64,000 nucleotides of DNA. It comes from Oscillospiraceae bacterium. GTDB taxonomy: Bacteria > Bacillota > Clostridia > Oscillospirales > Ruminococcaceae. Under the pieces are notes generated by a model. That model ran no database searches, was not told the origin of the DNA, and worked only from the letters and a program-made list of their open reading frames with translations. The position numbers and the translations under genes are program-made. Numbering within the stretch: the stretch's first letter is position 1; the number at the start of each line of letters is the position of its first letter. Below are positions 9,791 to 19,406 of this stretch, one piece after another. The DNA is taken from the NCBI GenBank assembly GCA_017460835.1, contig JAFUAD010000039.1, forward strand, positions 3,655 through 67,654, written 5' to 3'.

Positions 9791-12700
9791 ATGGCAGTTT
9801 ATCGGATTTATACAGAGAAAAAGCCGCAGTTTGCGGTGGAGGCGCAGTCGGTGCTGGCTGACCTGCGCACGGCGCTGCGTCTGGACGTCATGGGGGTTCG
9901 CGTATTGAACCGCTACGACGCCGATCATATTGATGAGGAGGATTTCCGGCGGGCAATTCCGACGGTTTTTTCGGAGCCGGCTGTTGACTATGTGTACGAA
10001 AAGCTCCCGCTGCTCTCAAACGGCGAGCGCGTGTTTGCGGTGGAATATCTGCCGGGGCAGTTCGATCAGAGAGCGGACTCCTGTGAACAGTGTATTCAGA
10101 TCTTAAACGGAAAAGAACGCTGCCGGGTGCGCAATGCCCGCATTTATATCATTTCCGGCACGGTCTCCGATGAGGAATTCGTGAAGCTGAAGTCCTATCT
10201 GATCAACCCGGTCGAGAGCCGCGAGGCTTCGCTCGAAACCGTGGATTCGCTGGATACCAACTATTCGATTCCGGAGACGGTCGAGACGCTGACCGGCTTC
10301 ACTGCGCTTGATGCGAAAGGGAGAGCGAAATTCCTGAAGGATTACGGTCTGGCAATGGATCTTGACGATGTGGCGTTCTGCCAGAGCTATTTCCGCGATA
10401 CCGAGCACCGCGACCCGACCATCACCGAAATCCGCATGATTGATACATACTGGAGCGATCACTGCCGGCACACGACCTTCCTCACCACGATCGACAAGGT
10501 GAAGATCGACACGCCCTATATTCAGGAGACCTACGACGACTATCTCCGCATCCGGAAGGAGCTCGGCAGAGAGAGCAAGCCCGTGACGCTGATGGATATG
10601 GCGACGATGGCGATGCGCAAGCTCAAGGCGGACGGCAAGATTCCGGCGCTTGACGAGAGCGAGGAGATCAACGCCTGCTCCGTCAAGATCAAGATCGACA
10701 CCGATCACGGGCAGGAGGACTGGATCCTCATGTTCAAGAATGAGACCCACAACCACCCGACGGAGATCGAGCCGTTCGGCGGTGCGGCGACCTGCCTCGG
10801 CGGCGCGATCCGTGACCCGCTCTCCGGCAGAAGCTATGTCTATCAGGCAATGCGCGTGACCGGCGCGGGCAATCCGCTGACGCCGGTTGCCGATACGATT
10901 CCCGGCAAGCTCCCGCAGCGCAAGATCACCGTCGGTGCCGCAAACGGTTACAGCTCCTACGGCAACCAGATCGGCCTTGCGACCGGACATGTCACCGAGG
11001 TGTATCATCCGGGCTATGTCGCAAAGCGCATGGAGATCGGCGCGGTCGTCGGTGCGGCTCCCGCTGAGAATATCCGCAGAGAGCGCCCGGAGCCCGGCGA
11101 TGTTATCATCCTGCTCGGCGGCAAAACCGGCAGAGACGGCTGCGGCGGCGCGACCGGCTCCTCCAAATCCCACACGCTCGAATCCCTGACCCACTGCGGC
11201 GCTGAGGTGCAGAAGGGCAATCCGCCGGAGGAGCGGAAGCTGCAAAGACTTTTCCGTGATCCGGAGGTGACGCGGCTCATCAAGCGCTGCAATGACTTCG
11301 GCGCGGGCGGTGTGTCCGTTGCGATCGGCGAGCTGACCGACGGTCTGGATATCGACCTGAACGCGGTTCCGAAGAAGTATGACGGTCTGGACGGCACCGA
11401 GCTTGCGATCTCCGAATCGCAGGAGAGAATGGCGGTTGTCGTGGCACCGGAGGATGTGGATGCCTTCATGGCAGCAGCCGCAAAGGAAAATCTGCTGGCA
11501 ACGGTCGTCGCAAAGGCAACCGACACCAACCGCCTGCGGATGAACTGGAACGGCAAAACGATCGTAGACCTTTCCCGCGAATTCTTAAATTCCAACGGCG
11601 CAGAGAAGCACACGGATATTGTTGCGGCGGTACCGACCGGCATGCCGGAGCGTGACCCGCGCTTCGAGGATACGCCGGACGGCTGGCGCGAGCTGATGAG
11701 CAGCCTGAATGTCTGCTCGCAGAAGGGCCTTGTCGAGAAATTCGATTCCACGATCGGTGCCGGCACGGTTCTGATGCCCTACGGCGGCGTGTATCAGCTC
11801 ACACCGGCGCAGGCAATGGCGGCGAAGATTCCGGTGCTGAAGGGCGACACCGCGACCTGCTCCATTATGGCATGGGGCTTCCATCCGACGATCTCTGAGC
11901 ATTCGCCGTATCACGGCGCGATCTATGCCGTGATCGAATCCGTCGCGAAGGTGATCGCGGCGGGCGGCTCGTGGCATCAGTGCTGGCTGACCTTCCAGGA
12001 GTATTTCGAGCGCACCCAGAACAATCCCAAGCGCTGGGGCAAGCCGTTCTCTGCGCTGCTCGGCGCATTCCGCGCACAGCTTGAGCTTTCCTGCGCATCC
12101 ATCGGCGGCAAGGACTCCATGTCCGGTACCTTCGAGGATATCGACGTCCCGCCGACGCTCGTTTCCTTCGCGGTTTCCACATCCGATACCAAGCGCGTCG
12201 TATCGACGGAATTCAAGGATGCCGGCAGCACGGTCATCCGGATTGCGCCGGAGTACAGCAGCAGCGGAATCCCGAACTGGAGCACGGTGCGTTCGGTATT
12301 TGACCAGCTTGAACAGATCATCACCGACGGCAGAGCAAAGGCTGTCTGGACGGTCTCGAACGGCGGCGTCGCGGAAGGTATCGCAAAAATGGCGTTCGGC
12401 AACCACATCGGCTTTGAATTCACCAAAACCCTGCCGGAGCATGTGCTGTTTGATGCCTGCCCGGGCTCGTTCATCGTCGAGCTGAACGGCGCTGCAAAGC
12501 GCGGCGAGGAGGTCATCGGCAGAACGACCGGTCAGTACAAGATCTTCAGCGATACACAGACAATCAGCCTCGATACGCTGCAAAAGGCATGGGAGAGCAA
12601 GCTCGAATCCGTGTTCCCGTGCAGAATCAAGACGGCATTCGCGACGATCGAGTCTTATGCGCACAAGGCGAGCAGCCGCCCGGCACCTGCTGTCAAGGTC

Positions 12701-13504
12701 GCAAAGCCGCGTGTGCTGATTCCGGTCTTCCCCGGCACCAACTGCGAATACGATACTGCGCGTGCATTTGAGCGCGCCGGCGCCGTGCCGGAGGTTCTGG
12801 TCATCCGGAATCTCTCCGCCTCTGCGATTGAGGAATCGGTTGCGGCGGCGGTCAAGGCGATCAACAATTCGCAGATGATTATGATTCCCGGCGGCTTCTC
12901 CGGCGGCGACGAGCCGGACGGCTCCGGCAAGTTCATCACGGCATTCTTCCGGAATCCGAGCGTGACGGAGGCGGTACACAAGCTGCTGAAGGAGCGCGAC
13001 GGCCTGATGCTCGGCATCTGCAACGGCTTCCAGGCGCTGGTCAAGCTCGGTCTGGTTCCCTACGGTGAGATCACCGATATGAGCGAAAACTCCCCGACGC
13101 TGACCTTCAACACCATTGCGCGCCACCAGAGCATGATGGTCACGACGCGGATCGCCTCAAACAAATCGCCGTGGCTCGCGGCCTGCGAGGTCGGTGATCT
13201 GCACACGATTCCGATTTCGCACGGCGAGGGGCGCTTCATCGCTTCCGGCTCGCTGCTGCAAAGAATGGCGGGCAACGGTCAGATCGCGACACAGTATGTC
13301 GATCTTTCCGGCCGTCCGACAATGGATATCCGGTTCAATCCGAACAGCTCGGTGGATGCGATCGAGGGCATTACCTCTCCGGACGGCAGAGTCCTCGGCA
13401 AAATGGGCCACAGCGAGCGCATCGGCACCGAGGTCTGCAAGAATGTCCCCGGCGAAAAGGATCAGAAGATCTTTGAGAGCGGCGTCAGATATTTCGCGGA
13501 CTGA
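9791..13504 (+). CDS. purL: Phosphoribosylformylglycinamidine (FGAM) synthase, single-chain large form, 1237 aa
   Basis: FKNETHNHPTEIEPFGGAATCLGG and GRDGCGGATGSS are PurL motifs. The C-terminal glutamine amidotransferase carries LGICNGFQAL. Start at ATG 9791 (MAVYRIYTEK). Confidence 0.95.
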   Translation: MAVYRIYTEKKPQFAVEAQSVLADLRTALRLDVMGVRVLNRYDADHIDEEDFRRAIPTVFSEPAVDYVYEKLPLLSNGERVFAVEYLPGQFDQRADSCEQCIQILNGKERCRVRNARIYIISGTVSDEEFVKLKSYLINPVESREASLETVDSLDTNYSIPETVETLTGFTALDAKGRAKFLKDYGLAMDLDDVAFCQSYFRDTEHRDPTITEIRMIDTYWSDHCRHTTFLTTIDKVKIDTPYIQETYDDYLRIRKELGRESKPVTLMDMATMAMRKLKADGKIPALDESEEINACSVKIKIDTDHGQEDWILMFKNETHNHPTEIEPFGGAATCLGGAIRDPLSGRSYVYQAMRVTGAGNPLTPVADTIPGKLPQRKITVGAANGYSSYGNQIGLATGHVTEVYHPGYVAKRMEIGAVVGAAPAENIRRERPEPGDVIILLGGKTGRDGCGGATGSSKSHTLESLTHCGAEVQKGNPPEERKLQRLFRDPEVTRLIKRCNDFGAGGVSVAIGELTDGLDIDLNAVPKKYDGLDGTELAISESQERMAVVVAPEDVDAFMAAAAKENLLATVVAKATDTNRLRMNWNGKTIVDLSREFLNSNGAEKHTDIVAAVPTGMPERDPRFEDTPDGWRELMSSLNVCSQKGLVEKFDSTIGAGTVLMPYGGVYQLTPAQAMAAKIPVLKGDTATCSIMAWGFHPTISEHSPYHGAIYAVIESVAKVIAAGGSWHQCWLTFQEYFERTQNNPKRWGKPFSALLGAFRAQLELSCASIGGKDSMSGTFEDIDVPPTLVSFAVSTSDTKRVVSTEFKDAGSTVIRIAPEYSSSGIPNWSTVRSVFDQLEQIITDGRAKAVWTVSNGGVAEGIAKMAFGNHIGFEFTKTLPEHVLFDACPGSFIVELNGAAKRGEEVIGRTTGQYKIFSDTQTISLDTLQKAWESKLESVFPCRIKTAFATIESYAHKASSRPAPAVKVAKPRVLIPVFPGTNCEYDTARAFERAGAVPEVLVIRNLSASAIEESVAAAVKAINNSQMIMIPGGFSGGDEPDGSGKFITAFFRNPSVTEAVHKLLKERDGLMLGICNGFQALVKLGLVPYGEITDMSENSPTLTFNTIARHQSMMVTTRIASNKSPWLAACEVGDLHTIPISHGEGRFIASGSLLQRMAGNGQIATQYVDLSGRPTMDIRFNPNSSVDAIEGITSPDGRVLGKMGHSERIGTEVCKNVPGEKDQKIFESGVRYFAD

Positions 13505-13515
13505 TATAAAATGAT

Positions 13516-13553
13516 AATCCCGGAACCGGTTGATATTTACCGGTTCCGGGATT
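13516..13553. terminator. Bidirectional hairpin terminator between purL and the convergent AraC gene
   Basis: Perfect 15-bp stem AATCCCGGAACCGGT / ACCGGTTCCGGGATT with an 8-nt loop, flanked by A/T-rich sequence on both sides. Confidence 0.7.
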
Positions 13554-13564
13554 TGTGTTTCTGT

Positions 13565-14410
13565 TTATTCGAGCTCTGCCTCATGCAGCGCGGCATGAAG
13601 AAAAACACCGTCGATGCTGCATTCCGGAGGAGCGGAGGCGGCGCGGTATTCCCGCGGGGAAATGCCCGTGACATCCTGAAATGCCTTTGCGAATTTGCTG
13701 CCGTTGTCATAGCCGTAATCCCCGGCAATGTCTAGCACCGTCCGGCTGCTCCTGCGCAGCTCTCCTGCGGCGGCGAGCATTTTCTGCGTCCGGAGATAGC
13801 TGTAAAGCGAATCGCCGAAGACAATGCGGAAGCCGTTTTTGAGGTGGGTCGGGGAGACCTCCAGCATTTCGGCCAGCGCGTGAATCGAAATGTGCTGCTC
13901 GGGATGCTGCGAGGCAAAGGCATATGCCGCACAGGCAATGTGCATCTGCGCGCGCGGGCAGATTTTCGCGCCCGATTCGGGGTCAGGGAGCGCATTTGCA
14001 AGCACGCGCAGGATATCCGGCGCATATTTGTCTGAGATTTCCGCATCAAATGCACCGAGGATATCGGCATTGTCAGGGAACCGGCGGCAGAGCTCCTTTC
14101 TGCCCTCTGACAGGGAGGGCGGCACAGCCTCCGGCTTTGCGCAGATCACAATGCCCTGAAATGCGCCTGTCTGCGTATAAAACGGAATATGCTCATGCTG
14201 CCGGAGGACGACCGTCTCGCCGGCGCTGAGAATCTGATACTGCTTGCCGGTCATGCAGGCGGCTCTGCCCGCTTTGACATGCAATACCGTGACCGGTTTT
14301 TTCGGCGGGAGCATCAGCGAAAGCCTGCCCGGACGGTCGGATGAGATTCTGCATACATCCGTTAGCGCAGACTGACAAAGGATGCTCTGAACCGTATGAA
14401 ACTGCTCCAT
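13565..14410 (-). CDS. AraC-family transcriptional regulator, 281 aa
   Basis: C-terminal double HTH: LAEMLEVSPTHLKNGFRIVFG...IAGDYGYDNGSKFAKAFQDVTGISPREYR. Start set at ATG 14410 (MEQFHTV), preceded by AAAGGAG. Divergent from the pectate lyase gene. Confidence 0.85.
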   Translation of the reverse strand: MEQFHTVQSILCQSALTDVCRISSDRPGRLSLMLPPKKPVTVLHVKAGRAACMTGKQYQILSAGETVVLRQHEHIPFYTQTGAFQGIVICAKPEAVPPSLSEGRKELCRRFPDNADILGAFDAEISDKYAPDILRVLANALPDPESGAKICPRAQMHIACAAYAFASQHPEQHISIHALAEMLEVSPTHLKNGFRIVFGDSLYSYLRTQKMLAAAGELRRSSRTVLDIAGDYGYDNGSKFAKAFQDVTGISPREYRAASAPPECSIDGVFLHAALHEAELE

Positions 14411-14713
14411 TATCGCGATACTCCTTTCATTCAAATGGTTAGCAGCAACTAACATATCACTTATATCATAGCTGTTTTCCCGCATTTTGTCAAGTCCATT
14501 CCGGTTTGGATTTCTGTTTTTGTGAAACCGGCTAAGATACTGCCTTTTCGGAGCGTTTATTTTGTGAATCCAACTAACGCCGGTGATCGGGATTTGATAC
14601 GATATGGCATAAACTGTATGCATTTTGTTATTGAATCTGCGTGATAGATGTGCTATCATAATACTGAGGGATGCTATGTCCCGAAATTATATAAAGAAGA
14701 GGTTAGGGGTAAA

Positions 14714-17700
14714 ATGAACAGTATGTACCGTACAAAGCAGCGGGTGAGTGCAGCGCTCTGTGCGCTGATGATCGCCTGCACCGGCACAGCGGCTTCCCTG
14801 CGGCTCACCGAACCGCAGTCTGCGGCAGTGCTGACGGCGTCCGCGTTTGACACGGGCTCCCGCATCCGGGTTGACATCAATAAGAATGACGGCAGAAAGG
14901 CGTCCTATTCCAAGAACGCGAACAACTGGCTGCTGGCCGAGGGCTCCTCCGCGTCATACAGCGTCGGCGGCGTGACCTTCAAGCTCTCGAACGGCGGCTC
15001 CGTCGGCGGAAATGTCACCGGCGCCAACAACAAAAAATTGCAGCTTCAGAGTCAGGTTTATCCGCGTATGACGATGGACGGCGCAAAGATCAAGGACGGC
15101 GACAACGGCGGCGTTCTGAAATTTGAGATCAGCGGGCTTTCAAGCGGGAATCACTCGCTCCAGATGTGGCACTGCAACACGGACGGCTACGCAAACAGCA
15201 AGCTCTCGATTTCCGTCAACGGAAAAAAGGTGCTGACCGGCGTGAACTGCCCGACCAATGTGTCCAACGAGGACGATGCCGGTATTTCCTATGTCACATT
15301 CTCCGGCAGCAGCGCGACCATCCTCATCACGCCGGAGGGCGGCGGAAAAATGGACGTCGCATGGCTGAACGGCTTTGAGATCGACGGCTCCGATCCGGTG
15401 AACGGCGTTTCGCGCATGAGCCCGAAGGATCAGGAGACGCATCTTGACCGCTCCGCCGGACTGTCATGGACAGCGGGCAAGAATGCGAAATCCCACAATG
15501 TCTACATCGGCACGGACTATAACAGCGTATTCCAGGCGACTACCTCCTCAAAGGAGTTCAAGGGCAACCAGACCGGCACCAAATTTACGCTCGATGACAG
15601 CTATTCCTCGATCCCGACCTATTACTGGCGTGTCGATGAAGTCAGCGACAGCGGCACGGTCAAGGGTGCTGTGTACTCCTTCCAGATCAACCGCCTTGCC
15701 TTCCCGACCGCGGAGGGCTACGGCAGATACGCCCGCGGCGGCAGAGGCGGCTATGTCTATCATGTGACGAATCTCAACGATTCCGGCGAGGGCTCGCTCC
15801 GCTACGGCCTCGAAACGCTGAAGGGCGCCCGCACCGTCGTATTTGACGTCGGCGGCGTGATCGCGCTCAAGAGCGTGCTCTGTATTCCGGAGGACGGCGG
15901 CGATGTGTATGTAGCGGGACAGACCGCGCCCGGCGACGGCATCACGCTGATCAACTACGATTTCGGCGCAATGGGTGCGGATGATGTGGTCATCCGCGAT
16001 GTGCGCGTCCGCGTCGGCGAGAGCAACGGCAAATCCACCGGCGGCATGGGACTCGGAAGCTGCAACTATTCCATCGTCGATCACTGCTCGATCTCGTGGG
16101 CGACCGACGAAGGCTTCTCCTCCCGCTCCGCTGCAAATATCACGTTCCAGTGGAATATCATCGGCGAATCCCTGAACAATTCCGTTCACTACAATGCAGC
16201 CGACCGCAGCGACGTCGAGCGCCACGCCTTTGCTGCGTCGATCGGCGGCTATACCGGCAGTTTCCACCACAATCTGCTGATTAACAATACCGGCAGAAAC
16301 TGGTCGCTTGCCGGCGCAATGGAGCAGGATGCCGTGACCTACGGCGGTCAGCTCGATATCCGCAACAATGTCGTCTACAACTGGAAGGACAGAACCACCG
16401 ACGGCGGCGCACGGCGCGTGCAGTTCGTCAACAACTACTACAAGGCCGGCCCTGTCTCCAATACCTCGCTGCATCTGGTCTCGGTTGACGGCAACGAGCT
16501 CAATACCAGCGATATGCAGATGCTCTACGCTTCCGGCAACATGAAGGTCGCGCAGAACGGCTCGACGCTGATCGCCGCGAGCGCGGACGAGTGGAGCAGC
16601 GGAAAGGCTGTCTGCGGAAACAAGGGCAACAATGCCAATGCCTCGACCATCCGCAGCAATTCTCCGTGGTTCGAGTCCTATGTCAATACCCAGACCGCTG
16701 AGCAGGCATATGCTTCGGTCATTGTCAATGCGGGCGCGAGCGTTCCGGCATTTGACTACATCGACTCCCGCTACCAGAAGGAAGTCAAGAACGGTACCTA
16801 CACCTATACCGGCAGCCGCGACAAGCTCAAGGGCATTATTGATACGCAGAATGACGCAGGCGGCTATCCGAACAGCTCGAACTTCAAGGGCGGCACAAAG
16901 CCCACGGATACCGACGGCGACGGCATGCCGGATGCATGGGAATCCGCACACGGCCTGAATCCGAACAATGCAGCAGACGGCGCAGTCGTCAGCCTTTCCG
17001 GCGATGATTACACCAATCTGGAGCTGTATCTGAACGAGCTTGCCGGCGACAATGTCGCATTCAACGGCGGAAAGCAGGGCGCTTCGTTCGATACGCAGTA
17101 CAAGTACACGCTGAAAAATGTCGGCAGCGGCCTGTATCTGAACAGTGCAGATGCATCGCCCGCGAGCGGCACGAATGTGCAGCAGGGGACTGAGAGACAG
17201 ACATGGCTGCTTGCCGATGCAGGCGAAGGCTATTACTACATCTACTCGACGCTCGGAAACGGCAGCCTTTGCATTGATATCCCCTACGGCAGCGCGGATA
17301 ACGGCACGAGCATCGGGCTCTGGTCGAATGACGAATCCGACGCCAGAAAGATCAAGCTGGCCGATAACGGCGACGGCACCTACACGCTCTGCACGAAGGT
17401 CAGCAGCGATAACTCCTGCCTCGGCGTCATTTCCGGCTCGAAGGAAGCGGGCGCGGATGTGATCGAGTGGAGCTGCGACGGTACGGATTCGCAGAAATGG
17501 ATCGTGGATATCAGCCTCGACCCGATCAACGGCACGCTGATCCGCGACCTGACGATTCTCGATTCCAAATACTATTCCTCCTATGCAATTGACGACAGTC
17601 TCGCAGTCGGCGATCTGCTCTTCGGTGACCGCGAGGTGACCTATCAGGAGGTTCCGGAGGCGCTGCTCGGCGCGGAGACGATCGTGACGCCCTGTGATGC

Positions 17701-18223
17701 GAAGAATCAGAGCGGAGAGCTCGCGGAATTCACCGCCGGCGCGGATATTTCCGTGTATGTGCTGCTCGATCAGCGCGTTGTCGATGTGCAGCAGGCAAAG
17801 CCCGCATGGCTCTCCGGCTGGACGCAGACCGATATGACCGTGAAAAACGACAAGGATGTCGTGTTCTATGTCTATCAGAAGGATGTATCTGCCGGCGAAA
17901 CCGTGTCGCTCGGCGATAACGGTACCGCGACCAGCGTGGTGCATTATACGGTTCTGGCACTGCCGCAGAAGGCAGCGGAGACGACCACAGACCCGGGCGA
18001 TAACCTGCTCGTTCTGGGTGATGCGGACTGCAACGGCTCCGTCGATGTGCTGGATGCGGTTATGCTCGCGCGTGTGACATCAGAGGATACCGGCACCGGC
18101 ATTACCGCACAGGGCAAGCTCAACGCGGACTGCGATCAGAACGGCTCGATTCAGGCTGCTGACCTGAGTCTGCTGCTCAGCTATCTTGCCGGAAACACCA
18201 ATCAGCTTGAAATCAGATCATAA
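14714..18223 (+). CDS. Secreted multimodular pectate lyase (PL1-like) with ricin-type lectin module and C-terminal dockerin, 1169 aa
   Basis: Signal peptide (ALCALMIACTGTAASL). PL1-like core (AEGYGRYARGGRGGYVYHVTNLNDSGEGSLRYG; IVDHCSISWATDE). Ca-binding DTDGDGMPDAWE repeat. Beta-trefoil QxW-type module (QTWLLAD, QKWIVD). Type-I dockerin duplicated motif (GDADCNGSVDVLDAVML / LNADCDQNGSIQAADLSLLL). Confidence 0.85.
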   Translation: MNSMYRTKQRVSAALCALMIACTGTAASLRLTEPQSAAVLTASAFDTGSRIRVDINKNDGRKASYSKNANNWLLAEGSSASYSVGGVTFKLSNGGSVGGNVTGANNKKLQLQSQVYPRMTMDGAKIKDGDNGGVLKFEISGLSSGNHSLQMWHCNTDGYANSKLSISVNGKKVLTGVNCPTNVSNEDDAGISYVTFSGSSATILITPEGGGKMDVAWLNGFEIDGSDPVNGVSRMSPKDQETHLDRSAGLSWTAGKNAKSHNVYIGTDYNSVFQATTSSKEFKGNQTGTKFTLDDSYSSIPTYYWRVDEVSDSGTVKGAVYSFQINRLAFPTAEGYGRYARGGRGGYVYHVTNLNDSGEGSLRYGLETLKGARTVVFDVGGVIALKSVLCIPEDGGDVYVAGQTAPGDGITLINYDFGAMGADDVVIRDVRVRVGESNGKSTGGMGLGSCNYSIVDHCSISWATDEGFSSRSAANITFQWNIIGESLNNSVHYNAADRSDVERHAFAASIGGYTGSFHHNLLINNTGRNWSLAGAMEQDAVTYGGQLDIRNNVVYNWKDRTTDGGARRVQFVNNYYKAGPVSNTSLHLVSVDGNELNTSDMQMLYASGNMKVAQNGSTLIAASADEWSSGKAVCGNKGNNANASTIRSNSPWFESYVNTQTAEQAYASVIVNAGASVPAFDYIDSRYQKEVKNGTYTYTGSRDKLKGIIDTQNDAGGYPNSSNFKGGTKPTDTDGDGMPDAWESAHGLNPNNAADGAVVSLSGDDYTNLELYLNELAGDNVAFNGGKQGASFDTQYKYTLKNVGSGLYLNSADASPASGTNVQQGTERQTWLLADAGEGYYYIYSTLGNGSLCIDIPYGSADNGTSIGLWSNDESDARKIKLADNGDGTYTLCTKVSSDNSCLGVISGSKEAGADVIEWSCDGTDSQKWIVDISLDPINGTLIRDLTILDSKYYSSYAIDDSLAVGDLLFGDREVTYQEVPEALLGAETIVTPCDAKNQSGELAEFTAGADISVYVLLDQRVVDVQQAKPAWLSGWTQTDMTVKNDKDVVFYVYQKDVSAGETVSLGDNGTATSVVHYTVLALPQKAAETTTDPGDNLLVLGDADCNGSVDVLDAVMLARVTSEDTGTGITAQGKLNADCDQNGSIQAADLSLLLSYLAGNTNQLEIRS

Positions 18224-18271
18224 AAACAGAACCCCGTCCACGGCCTGTGGGCGGGGCTCCTTGCGTCATAC

Positions 18272-18316
18272 AAAGAAAAACTGCTCCGGGTCTCAAGCTC
18301 CGGAGCAGTCGGTTTT
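18272..18316. terminator. Bidirectional terminator between the pectate lyase gene and a convergent small gene
   Basis: ACTGCTCCGG-n10-CCGGAGCAGT stem, with an A-run upstream and a T-run downstream. Confidence 0.6.
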
Positions 18317-18323
18317 CAGCGGA

Positions 18324-18569
18324 TTATTCCTTTTTGTCGTCGTCCTTCTTACCGAAAAGGCCGCCGATTTTATCGGTGACTTTGCCGAGAACGCCGCTTC
18401 CGAGCGCCTTCTTGACAGCATCCACGATCTTTTTCACGGTGTCATTGTCTGCCTTGTCACCGACGAGGCCGCGGACAGTACCCTCCGGATCCTTCGAGAA
18501 CTTGTCCTTCAGCGCGTCATCCTTCGTGATCTTACCGACGAGCTTTTCGATTTCTGCCTTGATATCCAT
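18324..18569 (-). CDS. Small Lys/Asp-rich hypothetical protein, 81 aa
   Basis: Clean ORF with GGAGG RBS (revcomp of cctcc at 18578-18582) and its own terminator. No recognisable family. Confidence 0.55.
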   Translation of the reverse strand: MDIKAEIEKLVGKITKDDALKDKFSKDPEGTVRGLVGDKADNDTVKKIVDAVKKALGSGVLGKVTDKIGGLFGKKDDDKKE

Positions 18570-18635
18570 TGAAAAAACCTCCTGATGTTAAATATATAAG
18601 AAGCAGTGCGGGATTTTATGAAGCAGGGAGAGGCC

Positions 18636-19007
18636 TTATGCCTCCTGCACAACGATCTCGGAGTCTGCGTTCTTTTTGACGGATTCGATGCCGTTCATGC
18701 AGCCGCTCAGTGCCTTGTAGCCCTCGCTGACCGCGATGATCTGGCCATTTGTCGCCTTCAGGCGGAAGCGGAACTCGCCGGCCTTATCGTTGTAAATCTC
18801 GAATTTCGGGTGCTTTTCGGTCTGGAAGCCCTCGGCGGTCTGATTCTCGACTGCTGCGATCGGCGCGTTCTTCTGCACACTGGCAATGCCGGCACGGCAG
18901 GCACGTTCTGTCGTGTAAACCTCAGAGGTTGCGATTACTTCACCGTTTCCTGCCTTCAGATCGAATTTGATGCCGGTTTTTGTGCGCTTCATTAAATACT
19001 TACCCAT
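18636..19007 (-). CDS. YegP-family (DUF1508) protein, two repeats, 123 aa
   Basis: Two DUF1508-like repeats (FDLKAGNGEVIATSEVYTTERACRAGIASVQKNA and FRFRLKATNGQIIAVSEGYKALSGCMNGIESVKKNA). Start moved to ATG 19007, behind AGGAGG. Confidence 0.8.
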   Translation of the reverse strand: MGKYLMKRTKTGIKFDLKAGNGEVIATSEVYTTERACRAGIASVQKNAPIAAVENQTAEGFQTEKHPKFEIYNDKAGEFRFRLKATNGQIIAVSEGYKALSGCMNGIESVKKNADSEIVVQEA

Positions 19008-19163
19008 GGTGCAAATCCTCCTGTTTTTCACTTGATTCTGTTTCAAATCAGGGCAATTTGAATGCCCGCAGTATTATTATAACGGAAAATATACAAAAAG
19101 TCAAGATGAATCAGCAAATTTTTAGAAAATATCGGGTGGATCACAAAAGAATGCGATTTCCCA

Positions 19164-19192
19164 TTGACAAAGCGGAGGAAATCAGGTATAAT
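19164..19192 (+). promoter_or_regulatory. Consensus sigma-A promoter of the metK leader
   Basis: TTGACA (19164-19169) - 17 nt - TATAAT (19187-19192). Confidence 0.7.
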
Positions 19193-19195
19193 AAC

Positions 19196-19315
19196 CTTAG
19201 CCTTATCATGAGCGGTGGAGGAACGGGTCCTGTGAAGCCGCGGCAACCGCATCTCCCTCTTTGAGATGAATGGTGCCAAGTCCTGCGGCGGGATATCGCC
19301 GGAAGATGAGGAACG
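19196..19315 (+). promoter_or_regulatory. SAM-I (S-box) riboswitch
   Basis: CCTTATCATGAGCGGTGGAGGAACGGGTCCTGTGAAGCCGCGGCAACC...GGTGCCAAGTCCTGCGGCGG...GGAAGATGAGG matches the S-box core (CTTATCanGAG, GGTGGAGG, GGCAACC, GGTGCCAA, closing P1 GATGAGG). It sits between the promoter and metK. Confidence 0.88.
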
Positions 19316-19332
19316 TTTGCAGTGATGAATCA

Positions 19333-19364
19333 AAGCGGCATGCGTTTCTGCGTGCCGCTTTTTG
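19333..19364 (+). terminator. Riboswitch expression-platform terminator
   Basis: AGCGGCAtGCG-tttc-tGCGtGCCGCT stem followed by TTTTT, directly after the S-box aptamer and before the metK RBS. Confidence 0.75.
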
Positions 19365-19406
19365 TAAGCGTCATGATGCGGCATTTGAATGAACGGAGGT
19401 AGTATA

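Noticed and set aside
10103-13126. Minus-strand ORFs of 380, 250 and 513 aa antisense to purL
   Set aside because: purL is unambiguous on the + strand. The antisense translations are low-complexity (R/A/G/H-rich) with no recognisable domains.
15548-17944. 798-aa minus-strand ORF antisense to the pectate lyase gene
   Set aside because: No signal peptide, no domain and repetitive A/G/R/I composition. The + strand protein has multiple clear modules.
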